Source: Felis catus
Taxonomy: Eukaryota
Assembly (NCBI RefSeq): GCF_018350175.1
Contig: NC_058369.1
Coordinates: 19,532,001-19,596,000 of the forward strand
Direction: 5' to 3'
Length of the DNA stretch: 64,000 nucleotides
Shown: positions 12,342 through 25,030 of the stretch, in pieces
Layout: every line of letters starts with the position of its first letter
Numbering within the stretch: position 1 is the first letter of the stretch
Position numbers and translations under genes: made by a program
The notes under the pieces: model-generated
The model's database searches: none
Told to the model about the DNA's origin: nothing
Seen by the model: only the letters and a program-made list of their open reading frames with translations

Positions 12342-13105
12342 TCATAATGATGTTGCTCAGAAGTGGGACTGGTGGGGGTAGGGAGCAGTGAAGTACTCTT
12401 TGGAAAGAGGCTGAAGGCCTAGAGGCACTTTCGAGAACAAAGCTTTGGCCCAACCCAGACTACAAGTAAAATTTTCACCTATGATGGAGGAAGACCCCAG
12501 CTCTGGTGACATGAAAAGCCCTATCTGGCTCATCTGATGTTGGATGAAGGGAGAATCCTTGGAACAGGGCTCCGCCTGGGGAGCATTTGCTGGGCATCAT
12601 TCCCCTTCCAGCAATACCATCCCAGTGTGGGTCTTGCTAGTGAGGACTATGCGTGGAACTATCCTAGCAGACTGCCTGGAGGAGTCATGGCAGTCCTGAG
12701 TTCCCTCAGGCCTCAGAGACCACTTCTAGTGCTCTGGGCCCTGCCTGCTTCAGCCAGGCCAGGGTCATGGAAGAAACTATCTTTCCATTAAGCATAAAGC
12801 TTTGGCCACACCAAAAAGGCTCCTCCTGCTCAAGGCCTGCCTCATCTCACGTTCATAGGTGAGCATCATCCCACTTACTCCTTGTTACCCCAAAGTCAGA
12901 TCCAGTCACTCTCCAACCCCCTGGGGCATGGGCACTGCCAGTATTTCTATTAGAGAGAGAAACTGAGGTTCTTAGAAGTTAAACTACTTGCCTGGAGTCC
13001 CAGAGTGATTTTGGAACTGAGATTTGAACCCTGCCTATCTATTGTTTTCAATTTGGCTGGTTTGCCATTTCAAAGATATCCCTAGGGGACTTTCATGGGA
13101 AGTAT

Positions 13106-13106
<1 letters not shown>

Positions 13107-13144
<38 letters not shown>
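13107..13144. repeat. (GT)19 microsatellite
   Basis: Perfect GT dinucleotide run. Confidence 0.95.
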
Positions 13145-13150
<6 letters not shown>

Positions 13151-15879
13151 ATGTGAGATATTTCATAAGAAGACAAAGAATGGCTGTTTTGAATCTATTA
13201 TTGAAAGTGTTTTCTCCTCTCCAGGCTGGAGACAGTTGGGAAAACTCAGGCTCCAGGGAGATTCCCCAGGATGCAGTAGGTATCTAAAGTAGACAGGAAT
13301 AAATGCTGGGGAAGTTAGGGAAGTCTTCTCAGAAAAGGGGCATTTGAGTTGGGCTTTGAAGGGTGAGTAAGAGTTTGCCCTGGACATTCCCATATGAATG
13401 ATACAGTGTGATGGGCTATTAAGAGGGAAGAGAATGGAATGGATTGCCAGTTTTGGAAGCCATATCCTGGAACCTGGGGTAAGGCACAGGCAAGATATGG
13501 TGGGGGAGGGGGAGCCTGTGAATATCACTAAGTGGGGAAGGCAGGGCAAGGTCCGGTTTGTGAACACCTCACTCAAGATGGTGGTAGGGCTGAGGAGGCC
13601 ATCAGGATGGTCCAGCTGGGTGAGTGAAAGAGGCTATATCTGGGCAAAGCAGCCATGGGGAGCAGCAGGAGGGCAGCTTGAGAGGGACAAGGGGCAAGAT
13701 GGATGGACATGGGGATGTGAATGTGGGGGTTGTCTCCAAGATGGGAGGACAGTGAAGGTGTGTCTAGGGGCTAGTGAAGAGTCCAGGTCTGGACATGGGG
13801 AGTCTGAAAGGCCATGAAACCAGCTTTTTGAGTTGCCAGCTAGCAGACAGCTGACTCCAGTTCAAGAGTTCTAGGGGGAGAGGGACAAGCCCTGGCCTGG
13901 GACTCAAAGTCCTGGGCTCTAACCCCATATGTCCACTTCCTCTCTTGGTGACTATGGATAAGCTACTTTGCCTCTCTAGGTTTCAGGCTTGCATCTTTGA
14001 AATGGGGTAGACCCAGAGGCACCTGCCCCACTCACCTCCATCACCTGTAGCTCACCTATGAGGTCACAGACCACTGAGGGCTGGGAGAGGAACAGGCCTG
14101 AGGGAGACCACCCCCTAGGTGTGGGGCAAGGGTGGCAGATGGCCTAATCTTTATTGTCACTGCGAGAGAAGTTGCTAGAAGGTTAGGCTGGCTTCGCCTC
14201 CATCCTAGCCTTTGCAGAGACCAGGCCAAAGGGTCTGTTCACTAGGACCAGAACCCAAGGTCATTGGCAAATGATGCATGAGAGTGGAGGGCTGGGCTTG
14301 GAGGACAGAGTTGATGGGGAGAGGGGCCACTTACAGCTCCAGGTGGTTCCAGCCCAGCTCCCCTGCAGCCCAGATGGGGACCTCAGCAGACATCAACACC
14401 TGCCCAGACCACCTCTCAAAATAGATGAAAACAATGGACAGAAACAGTTACAATGACAGCTGAAGCAGGTGCCAGATTGAACCCTATCACACTCTCCTCA
14501 GCATTACCTCATTAATCCTCCTGGGCTCCTCATGTCCCCTCTGAGGGAAGTGCTGTCACTCTCCTCACTTCACAGCAGGAACCCTCTCAGGTTCTGTGAG
14601 GTTGAGGGAAATTCCCGAGAACCAAGTGGACAGCACAATCCAGACTGGAGGGGAGTTTGGGGTAAAACCAGGGTGTAGGGGTTGTGTTAGCCAGGATTAA
14701 ACCTCCAGGGGTCTCTTCTTCTTGGGTCTCAGATGTGGGAGGCTCAGCCTGCCACCCAACGGTGACCATTGCAATGATCCCTCGGGCAGCTGGTTGCATG
14801 GCCTAAGCTGGGGAGGAAGGCCTATACCGTGTAGTCGGGGTGGTGAGAACTCACCATGAGAGGTTGTAGAGTTTCTGGCAAAGCTAGAGCCTGCTTTATA
14901 TTAAAACTGGTCTAACAGGTTGGTATGAGGGGACTGCCCAGGCCTGCACAGGCTTTACTTATCCTGGAGTAAGAGAGCCTCGGCGAGGTCCCCAGAATCC
15001 TCTCCTGCTTTCTTGGTCGGGACTTCTTTCAAGCACCTGTCCCCCACTTGACCGTGGGCAGCTCTGCAGGGTGGGAGAGAGCAAGCAGCCCCTCTGAGAT
15101 AGCAAGCAGCCCGGTCCTGCCCTCAGCCCTATTCAGACTGGCATTCAGCTTTGGCCCAGCGAGATTTGCTCAGTTGCAGATTAAAAGCTGAGCCCAGGTA
15201 CAGGGGCACTGATGACCCAGGTGGTGTTAGGATACTTGGTGATCATGAGAGAAACATCCCAGCAAGACCTCACTGACAAGAGGAACCTGGCTGACCTAGT
15301 GGTAACTCTGTTCCAAAGTCATTCCAGAAGGCTGAGTCTAGCAAGGGGCACCATACAGAATCATCCTCCAAACCCACCTCCTCATGACCTGGTGGAATCC
15401 TCTGGGGGTGCAGCCTCCACCCGCTGCCTCTGACACCTCCTTCAGAAAGTGTTCCTGACCCCTTACTTCCTTTCTGTGTACCCTCAGCACCCTGCAGTTG
15501 CCAAGGCTTTAGTATGTCAGCCCCTGGTGGCAGAGCAGAACAGAGGTCATTCCAACAAGCTCTCAAATAAAGGTTTGAACCCTGGCTCTGCCCCTCACAA
15601 ACTGTGTGACCCTGAGAAAAAAACACCACCTCTTTCTGAGCCTTACTTCTTCTGCTGTAAATGGGGACAACCTCTGCTGGTATTCAAGGCTGCAGCACGA
15701 AGTCCTGGGGCACAAACTCCACCCAGGATCCCCAGGCTGCAGTCCTCGCCTCCTGCTCCCCACCACAACCACCCCTGCCATAGCCTGTACCTCTCAGCTT
15801 CCTTTCCAGCTTCCTGTCCCCAGGCCCTGTTGGAGGCCATCCCCCACCCAGCTGACAGGTTCGCCCCTGAGAAATGAAC

Positions 15880-16410
15880 ATTAGATTATAGCATTTCCCT
15901 GTTAAACTCTGAGGAGGCCCTCCACCACAGTAGAATAAAATTCATGTGCCCCCTCTGCTCTCTCCACCCTTCCTCTGTCTCCTCAGCCCTCCTGGACAGC
16001 CATTCTGGACTTCTTTCTCCTGATCATACCAAGTTTGTTGTTGCCTCAGGGCCTTGGGATTGGCGGTTTCTTCTCCCTGGATGTCTTTTTCTATGTTGTC
16101 TGCATAGCCAGCTGCTGCTCTTTGCTCGGGTGTCCCAGCTCAGTGGCCCCAGAGCTTTCCCTGACCCTCTCATCTGCAGCAGTGTCCCCACACCCAAAAG
16201 CCACTCTCTGCCCTGTCCCTGCTTTGCTTTCTTTACACTCTTAAAACTTGTCCTGAGTATCTATTTGCTCATTTGTTTATTGTTTCCTGCTCACCAGCCC
16301 AGGAGTCCCATAAGGAGGGGGACTGTGTCCCTCCTGTGTCCCCAAGGCCCAGATGGAGTCTGGCCCAGCTGGTGCCTGAGGAGCATGTGTGCTAGTAAAG
16401 GACTTAACCA
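15880..16410 (+). mobile_element. L2 LINE 3' fragment
   Basis: Diverged L2 motifs (GCCTCAGGGCCTT..., CTTTCCCTGACC, TTGTTTATTGTTT..., GGGGACTGTGTC..., TGGCCCAGCTGGTGCCTG). Confidence 0.55.
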
Positions 16411-18542
16411 ATGGGGGTTACCATCAGTTATTGTTTGTATATTGTGCAGGGTCCTCCACACACAACCAGATGGCTCCTCTATTTCTCCCTGGCCAGTGCT
16501 GTCAGGGCTCCCATTACTAGCCCAGAACCACCCGGCAGTGAATGTACTGACCAGAGGGTTTTCAGCATCTGTTAGGCTGGGTCTCTGACTTGGGTTTGGG
16601 CCTGATGACCTGCCCTCTACTGTCCCTGTTCTGGGCAGGCACCACTCACTCCCCTGACAGGGAGACAAGAAAAGATTGAAGCAGAAAAATATCAGGTGTT
16701 GGAAGTATCTGGCAGCCCCAGGCAAGGTGACAAGTATCTCAGTCCCAGGCAAGAGCTGGACCCTGGCTTGGGCTGAGGCAAAGGTGAGGGGGACAGGACC
16801 CTGCTGATCAGACCAATGTCTGGTCCAGAGACCTTAGCAGGCAAGGACATAGGGGGATAAAACCAGCATCTAAGATCAACTTGCCTGCAAGCTGCCAACC
16901 CCAGATGCCTGTCCTTGCCATCTCACATAGCAGCGTGGGGACAGACAGGAAGGCGGGACCCCTCAAGGTCAGCTCTGCTCTGTACTTTACTTCCTCAGCC
17001 ACTGCCTTGCCCACTCTGGGCCTCAGTTTCCTCATCTGTGGAGTATGGGTCATATTCAGGCCCACTCCCATGGTTGTGGTGAGCACTACAGGAGGTGCAA
17101 AGCCCTTGTCCATTGCCAGCACCTGGCAGGCACCCTGAGACACCTCCTCCTCCGAAGAGTTTGTGGGTTTCCTCTTGCTATGGCAGTTTTCTGTCCAGGC
17201 CATGGCACCAAGTGGGGAACACCCTGCCTTCAGCCCCTCTGTGTCTACTACTCACCCATTGGGTGACTCAGATTTGTAGGTGGAGCAGACAGCGGGGTCA
17301 CCTCAGGCACTTTGGGAGTCACAAAGGGGCTGAGATCCAGGCTGAAGCAATGAGGAACAGCAGACATCCCTGGCAGGTCATGGTGACCTGGAGGAGGTGT
17401 GCCGTCGGGCCCTGCAGCCAGCAACAGAGAAGGTGCCAGGCTGGGCACCTGGGCCTGGGCACTAGTCCCAGTAAAGTCAGCCTTCGCTCACCTCTTATTC
17501 ACTCACATCCAGTATCAGCTCTATTCTTTGCCATAACTATCTGCATGCCCATAACGTTTGGCTTTTTATCCATCCCTTCCTGCCTCCTCCGTGTCATCCA
17601 CATACCAGTCCTTACACCTTCCTGCTCTCAATCTTCCAGCATTTGTCTCTTCTAATCATCTAAGTCCCAAGAAAACAGGAAGGTTAGGATTATTTCTAAA
17701 ATAAGGGTTAGAAGGTTATGAATGAGCTTCAGAGGATCTTTCCTATGAGTTATTCAAGTGAAGGTGCAGAAAATTTCAGGACACAGTGGAATTTACATTA
17801 CAAAGTCAGACCATCAGATAATGGAGAGTTTTCATTTTAATTGCCCTTCCATCTACTTCTGGTGTGTAGGGCCCTGAAAGGAGAGGGTCCCCCAACCCCA
17901 AGTGGCCCGTGCCAGAACCTCACCAGGTCCCACGTCAGGCCAGACCCTGCCAGCTTACTGGCCGCCATCCCCAACTCCATTGTTCTGTCCCACTGCACAG
18001 CATGACTACTTCCCCAGGCCTCCTTGTGGTTGGTAGGGAATATGAGCTTCCCAGTCATGCCCTGGTGCTTTTGTACTCCCTGTACTTTCTCACTGGAATG
18101 ACTGGCCCTGACTTCTCTGTTGGCCTCCTCCTCTCAAAAGACACTGCCTCCAGGAGTGGGTGCCCCCACAGCACCCATCCCCCAGCATTCTCTACTTCCA
18201 GTCTTTGATATCTCCTGTTTACACGTCTCTCCAGTCTGGTGCTCCTCTGCCACCATCCCCCGCCCTGGCAGTCACCTGGTCAATGACCCTGCAGGCAGTC
18301 CAGCTGGCCTTCACCTCCTGCCTCCCATCCTCCAAGGGGAGCAAGAGGTAACGAGAGAGGAAGGCTGCTCCCTGTACCTCCCCAACTCTTCAAAGGGTCC
18401 CCTAGCAGGGCCTGCTCAGCCACAGGTCACTGGGCCCCAGCTGACCCAGATGTAAAGTGGGGGAAAATAATATCAAAGGGGACAAATTGTGTAAGAACTC
18501 AAAAGAGGTCTCACTGAGGTCTCCTTAAATGAAAAGTACAAT

Positions 18543-18548
18543 TTTATT
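18543..18548 (-). terminator. CISH: CISH polyadenylation signal AATAAA
   Basis: TTTATT on plus about 1.05 kb downstream of the CISH stop codon, at the end of an AU-rich 3' UTR segment. Confidence 0.75.
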
Positions 18549-19097
18549 GTCAATACAGAAAAATCAGTGGAAGAAAAAAGACTACCAAACTGGGTTTTGC
18601 TTGTTATAATACTTATTTTATAAAGTCTTATCAGATAGGTATTTCTTTCCCTCTCGTGTGCAGGCACCTTCCTGGGCAGGAAGCCGACCCAGCAGAGCTG
18701 GAGCAGCAGCTGTGGAGCCAACATGCTGCTTCCTGACACTGCACACATGCTCCCGCAGGCTGGTGCCCCACCGAGACCAGCTCTGTGCAGACAGGGCTCT
18801 GCCCTGCGAGGGGGTGAGTGGCAGGCTCTCCTGGGCACTGACACTTTGGCTTCATTTTCTTGTCCGCTTTCCCACCCTCCCAAAACAGGGCTGGGGGCAG
18901 AAGAGGGTGCACACATTCACAGGTGGGTGGGTCAGTGCCAGGATATCCAGAACTGCCTTGGATCCAGCAACATGTCTCAGGATGGGGCTCTCCACCAGGA
19001 GGAACCAGAGAAGTTGGGGCAGAGCTGGGGTCTCCAGAGCACTCAGGGCTCAGGGCAGAGAGGTGGGATTGGCTCACCTTGAGACAAACCCAAGGAG

Positions 19098-19113
19098 AAT
19101 AAATAAATAAATA
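19098..19113 (-). promoter_or_regulatory. CISH: AU-rich element in the CISH 3' UTR
   Basis: mRNA sense UAUUUAUUUAUUUAUU contains three overlapping AUUUA pentamers. Confidence 0.7.
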
Positions 19114-19603
19114 CTGTATAACTTTGTAGTCCCTCAGCCTGGCCTGTTCCCCCATCAAGGGACTGTCACTGTCAACCTCAGTTCCTCTGGCCGCCATCCT
19201 TCCTGAGACAGGCTGGCTAGAAGGAGGGGGCCTGCCCCACCCTGTGGACTGAGACACCAGGGCTGGCAAAGTCTATACAGTTCAAGAGCCCACAACAGGC
19301 AAATGGGGGCCTGGGCCTCACCCACAAGGTGAGACAAGGTCCCGCCTGTCTCCCTCTCTTCTGACACATGGCTCACCACAACGGAGCCACATGGGAGCTG
19401 GGGGTGTTGACCTTCAAGTTGTGTGACACTTTTCTCTACCCCTCACCCCCAGCCTTGCTCCTGCTGACTCTTCCTGGTCCAGCTGTCAGGTGCTTGCAGT
19501 CACTAGGATAACTGGAGGAGGGACGATGGGAGCCCAAGTCCAGCTGGGGCCCGTGTCCCTTCCAGGGTATGTCTGGGTGAGGCTAGGCGGATGCTCAGGT
19601 GGG

Positions 19604-20136
19604 TCAGAGCTGGAAGGGGTACTGTCGGAGGTAGTCAGCCATGCGCCGGGGCAGTGGCAGGCAGTCTACATCAGCCACCAGACGGTTGATGACAAGGCGG
19701 CACAGGTGCTGCAGGCTGCGGGCACTGCTTCTGCGCACAAAGGGCTGCACCAGTTTTAGGTGCACGGCGGTGACTGCAGGGGCAGGTAGTGCTGGGTCAC
19801 CAGGTGCATCTTCCTTAGGGGTAGGCAGGGCTGGGGTGGGTGCAGGTTCAGGGCTGTCACTTCGGGTGTCAGCAGTACAGGAGGCCACATAGTGCTGCAC
19901 GAGGCTGACCACGTCTGGGAAGGCCAGGATGCGTGGCCTGGACAGGCAGTTGGAGTCCAGGCGGAAGCTGGAGTCAGCGTACTCAATGCGTACGTTGGTA
20001 GGGCCTCGAGTGGTTTTGACAGACAGAGTGAATAGATAGCTGGGGTGGGTGCTGTCACGTACCAGGAACGTGCCCTCTGGCATCTTCTGCAGGTGTTGTC
20101 GGGCCTCGCTGGCCGTAATGGAACCCCAATACCAGC
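19604..20136 (-). CDS. CISH: CISH exon 3 coding part (SH2 domain and SOCS box)
   Basis: CTAG acceptor; (G)[28 protein letters not shown]...[37 protein letters not shown]; spliced CDS 20+221+533=774 nt, 257 aa. Confidence 0.98.
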
Positions 20137-20376
20137 CTAGGCAAGTGGAGACGGGGCCAAGAGACTAGTCACAGTGGAATTTAGTTGGGGGCACCAACAC
20201 AGGGCAGAGCAGGACTCTGCCTCCCCCTTTACACTTCCATGGGGAGGACTGTACCCCCCCCCCCCATCAGACTCTCCTGGGCAGGGCCATGTCTCTCAAA
20301 CCAGACTCAACAGACAGAGCTAAGCTTTCCCCATTGGACTTCCCAGGACAAGGCCTGCTTCCCTCCTCAAACTCAC

Positions 20377-20597
20377 CAGATTCCCGAAGGTAAGAGAAAG
20401 TCTTGGCTATGCATAGCAGATCCTCCTCAGGGTCCAGCACCTTGGGTTCACTCTCTGGCTGGGCTGGGGTCTCCTCTGCCACCTCCTCCAGGAAGGACCC
20501 GGCAGGCAAAGGCTGCATAGCTGGTTCGGGCAGCTCCAGGGACTGGGTCCACAGGGGCCGCTGCCCGATCTGCTCCACAGCCAGCAAAGAACAGGGT
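20377..20597 (-). CDS. CISH: CISH exon 2
   Basis: TAG acceptor and GTGAGT donor; [16 protein letters not shown]...[17 protein letters not shown](G); phases match the flanking exons. Confidence 0.97.
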
Positions 20598-23500
20598 CTA
20601 GAAGGGGGTGGATGGGCAGTGAGTGGAGGCCCTATGCCCTCCTGTTACCAGAGACCCTCTATAACCCAGACCGGCTATATGACTTCTGGCCAGTCCATCT
20701 CACTATGAGCCTCAGTTTCCCCTTTGCCCACTCATGGGCTCAATGAGATCAGTACCCCGCCTCCCAGCTGTCATCACAAAAGGCTCCTTGATAGCTTCCC
20801 CTACATGTTGATTCACTTTTGAAAGAGACTTCTCCACCCTCCTGCATTTATTGAACATTAATTAGTCTATTTTGCACCAGCTGACAACACAGATCATGCC
20901 CTATAAGATTTCTAGCCCACAATGGACAACTGATGTCCCTGACAACAGTAGGATCCAGTGCAAAGAAGCCTCACATGGGTGCCCTGTTGGTTGAGGTGGG
21001 CTGATTAGATTAAATGGCGCTGGTTCTGCTTGAGCCATGGCCTGGGCCTTCATGGGGTGCTCCAGAGAGGTCCCAAAATTATGATAGGATGCCTAAGGTC
21101 ATATGCTACCTCCGCATGGATAGGAGTATCTGTAGGAGGGACCGAGGTCCACACTGGCCAGGGCTTAGAGGCTGGAACAATCTCCCTAAACAGGTCAGAC
21201 TCCCATCCTGTTTTCTGCTCCTCCCAGCTGAGGGTCTGGGGTGGACAGTGGCTTTAAAGGCACTGGCAAATCCCACTTCCCATAAACAGGACCTCCCACC
21301 AAAGAACAGGGTACTCATTCTACATTCCAGATCCCACCCTGGCAAGCCAGTCCTACGAGGCTCTATGACCTTATGTAAACCTTGCTGTTCACTAGGACTG
21401 TTCAGCTTCTCTACCCCCTCATAAGGGATGCTACCAGCCCAGATCCTGAGGGGGTTGGCAACACCATCTTGTCAGGTGACTAGAGTTGGGTTGCTGAGCC
21501 AGCCCCAATCTGAGCAGTAGCTTTTCTCTAGGGGAAGGCCACCCAGCATGGTGATCCTGGGACTTCCAGGGAGTGAGGGGCAAGGATTGGCTCCCAGGAA
21601 GAGACTGCTGATCCTTCCTCACTCCTCAGAAAATACATCCTCAGGCCTCAGTTCTGGGTCTGGTCCCCTACTGGGCCGCAGGACACCAAGATAATAAAAC
21701 CATGGGCCTTGCCTTCAAGGAGATCTTATAACCCAAAGTCACAAACACAAAGGGTGTCATGGGGGAGTCAAGGTCTGCCTGTTCCTGAGCTGAGTCTGCC
21801 AGGCCAAAGGAAGGAGTAGGGGGAAGGCACTCCAGGCAGAGATGAGAGCATGGGTAAACTGTGCCAGAGATTGCTTATGAGGCAGGATGAGGTAGGCAGA
21901 AGCCTTGGCAGGACGCAGGCAGAGGAGCCAGATCTGACAGTGTAGGTTATAGGTGAGCATTAGAAGATGTTAACAAATTGGGAGACGAGGCCACAAGACC
22001 CTGGCACACCACAGTTTGTTTAATACTTTTCCATACCCACTCTCGTTGTACTGTGGGAGCTCTGGAATCCTAGTGGGGGAGCCACGTTCCAAGGAACTAG
22101 CTGGTGGCCTGCCTGCTGGGACCCAAAGCTCAGCTCAGGCTAGCCAGTCAGGCCAGAGCGCCTGGGGGTGGCCATGTCCAGACAGCTTAGCAGGGCACTT
22201 GTGGGCATGGGCACCTCCAAGGTCAATAAGGTATCTGGGTGTGTAAGGAGCTGTATTGGTCCCCACAGTTCCTGGTGAGTGACTGTGTATCTTAGGAGGG
22301 GTGTGTCCACAGCTGCCGTCATGGCGGGGGCGATGGCTTGTGTGTTCCAGGTGTGGGTGGCCTGTACCTGTGTGTGCCTGTTGTGGAACCCAGCCTGTGC
22401 GTCCCGCCTGGGGATGCATGCCAGTGGGGCAAACTCAACCCTGAGGGTGGACCCCCTCAAGCAAAGCTGGGAGCCCAAACCTATATTTGGGAATCTCTGC
22501 CCCCTACCTTGGGAGGGCACCAGCTGGTTTGTGGCTGTGTGTGTGTGGAGGTCTTAAAAATCTTGCTCCCTGACACCCAACACTGGTCCTGGGGTTCCAA
22601 GGGACTTTTAGCTGGAACAAAGTAAAAAGAGAATGTGGGACTTCAGAACTGGGGGGATCTGGAGGACAGGGTGCGGGGGTGTTCAGGAGTCCCAAAATTC
22701 AGAGGAGGGGTATGCTGGAGACGGCCAGGGAGAAGTATAGTAGTATAGTTTTCCTGGCACCTCTGGGTTTCCTCCCTGGAAGCAGACCTGCTCAGAGCAA
22801 GGGGCACTTCAGCCTTGCCCCACCTTCCAACCTTCTTCACTTGGTACTATGCCAGTTTTGATAACAACAGCCACTGGGCCACCCAGCTCTTCCTGGGTGT
22901 GGAGTGCTCACTCATATCTTCTTTCTCACTCCCTGGAGCTTTCCTGAACTCCTGTCAGATCAGTCTGGAGAGTATCAGACCCATTGTTGAAGGGGATGCT
23001 GAGGTGGAAGGAATGCTGAGGAAGAATGCTCAGTTGAGGCCAGGACTGTCTTACCAGCCTCCACACCATCCTAGTCTTTGAGGAAAGTTGGAGAAGGGAG
23101 GCAGGAGTCAAGTCCTCACTGGGATCCCAGACTGGACTGAGGAGGGGCAAGGCAATTGTGGGGGTGCCACGGGCAAAATTCAGGCTCTTCCAAGACCTGC
23201 TGCTTAGCCAACCTGGGGGGAGGCGAGGATCTCAGACTGGCTTCCCAAGAAAAGCCTAATTGCTAGCCCATGGCAGAACAGTGAAATCAGAGAGGGGCAG
23301 GGGCTAACCTAAGGTCAGCGGTAGGCCCTGCGGCCTGCAGGCTAGGGTAGAGCGCTCTGGGCCCAGAAGGGGGTCTGGGCAGGTGAGCCACTTCTTGGAG
23401 GATGAACTCCGCTGGCGTTCAGCTGCTCCAGCCAGAACCCAGGCTTAGGCTACCCGGTGCTCCTCCCGTCGCCAGCCGACCCCCAGTTTCACTACCCACA

Positions 23501-23659
23501 GTGCGAATAGGGTGGTGACGGTGTTGTCACCCTGAGGTCCTTCCGCACTCGGTCATTTCCGACCCGTCAAGCCCTCTCAATAGCCGGCAGCTAGCACGAG
23601 GCGGTACTCTCCCGAACGCCGGGCGCCGTCGCCCGGCTGGGACGGCGAGCCGCGCTTAC

Positions 23660-23679
23660 CCCTGAACGCAGAGGACCAT
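23660..23679 (-). CDS. CISH: CISH exon 1 coding part (MVLCVQG)
   Basis: ATGGTCCTCTGCGTTCAGGG followed by GTAAG donor, within a CpG island. Confidence 0.95.
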
Positions 23680-23908
23680 GTTCCGGCAGCGGCAGCGGCA
23701 GCTCCGGAGCTGAGGCTCAGCCGGACGGTGGCGGCTGGAGGGAGCCCGTGGGCGCAGGTCTCGCTCGTAAGGCAGGCTCCCAGGGCGCACCGGCGACGGG
23801 ATGGGAATGAGAGGCCAAGGCGCTGGCTGGCCGGGAGGGCGCTGGGGGCGGGCCGGGAGGGTGGGGCGGGGCGAGCCGCCTAATCTTTTGTCCTCTGTGT
23901 CCCAGCCC

Positions 23909-24050
23909 TTCCCGGAAGCGACGTCTTCCTAGAACCGCCGGCAGTGCTGCCGGGCCGGGGAGGGGCGCTGGCGGGGGCGCCGGCTCCTAGAGTAGGCTCA
24001 GGGCCGCTAAAGGAAACACCTTTGACAGATTTCCAAGAACTTTCCAGGAA
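23909..24050. promoter_or_regulatory. CISH: Four STAT5 GAS sites (two tandem pairs) of the CISH promoter
   Basis: TTCCCGGAA 23909-23917, TTCCTAGAA 23926-23934, TTCCAAGAA 24031-24039, TTCCAGGAA 24042-24050; matches the established four-site CISH promoter architecture. Confidence 0.92.
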
Positions 24051-24859
24051 AATGGGGCGGGGCCCCACGCGCTGACCAATCGCAGCTCGGGGGGGGGGCG
24101 GGCCAATTGCAGTTTTGAGATGCGAGGCAGACAAACTAGTCGGGTTGAGCGTGACCTAGGGACCACCAGGGAAAAACCGGGTTGAAGAAGGCCAGGGCGG
24201 GGCAGGGGTTCTCCGGGACAGGGGTTCTCCCCACCCGAGCGCAGACTTCTTTCGGGCATTCCGCTTCACTGGGGACAGGCCCCTGTATCTCTCTGTAGAA
24301 CTGGTGGCAGCACGAGGCAGGGTCTTGGGTCTGTTCTCCCAGCTAGCGGCTCCCTCAAGGCGGTCTGTCTGGTGTGCAAGCGCCCCCTGTGGGCCGCACT
24401 TGGATCTCCGGACTCTGTGTGCGGTGGTGGGGAAACTGGTGGCATGGGGTGGGGTTTGGAGAAGGACATGAGAGGAGGGGAGGGGCACAGAGGGGGGCCT
24501 CAGATCCGAACAGGTTCGCGGGGGTCAAGGATCCATCACAGCCAAAAGGATCCAGGCGAGAATGTTTTCTCTGAAAGACTTGGGGGAGAAGGCACATCCC
24601 AATCTTGGGATGGGGGCAAGTGTCTAGACTTCATTACTCACTTGATGGCTTGGGCACTGGGAGACCACAGCATGACGCACCTATGTAGGGTGCAGTCTCT
24701 TCAGTAGAAACTGTCTACCGCTCCATTATTATGAAGACAAAGGGGCTTCAAGCTGCCAAGCAACAACTAGGATTTGAACCTGGGTACCTGAGTCTCTATG
24801 GGGTCAAATCCCAAGTTCTCTACCTCAAGACTCTGTCTTCCCTCTAACTGTGAGTATTT

Positions 24860-25030
24860 TACAGAACACTTAGTATGTGCCAGGTGCTCTCAGCGATTTC
24901 CAGCCTCATTTCATTGTCTAACCATTATATATTGTGTCCTCTTTACAGGTGAGGAGATTGTTGCACAGAGAAGTTAAAATGCACCCTAGATCTCACAGCT
25001 GACAAGTGGTTAGTTGGGGCTTGTAGCCCA
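24860..25030 (-). mobile_element. MIR SINE
   Basis: TTTACAGGTGAGGAGA...CACAGAGAAGTTAA...TCACAGCTG core in antisense orientation. Confidence 0.6.

Larger units (their letters stand above)
23400..24450. promoter_or_regulatory. CISH: CISH CpG island / promoter
   Basis: High CpG density, GC boxes, CCAAT boxes at 24076-24080 and 24103-24107. Confidence 0.85.

Noticed and set aside
15944..16588. 214-aa plus-strand ORF
   Set aside because: Largely overlaps a degenerate L2 fragment
1..18500. Expected HEMK1 exons, based on human synteny
   Set aside because: No methyltransferase-like coding sequence recognised; the coding exons presumably lie left of the window
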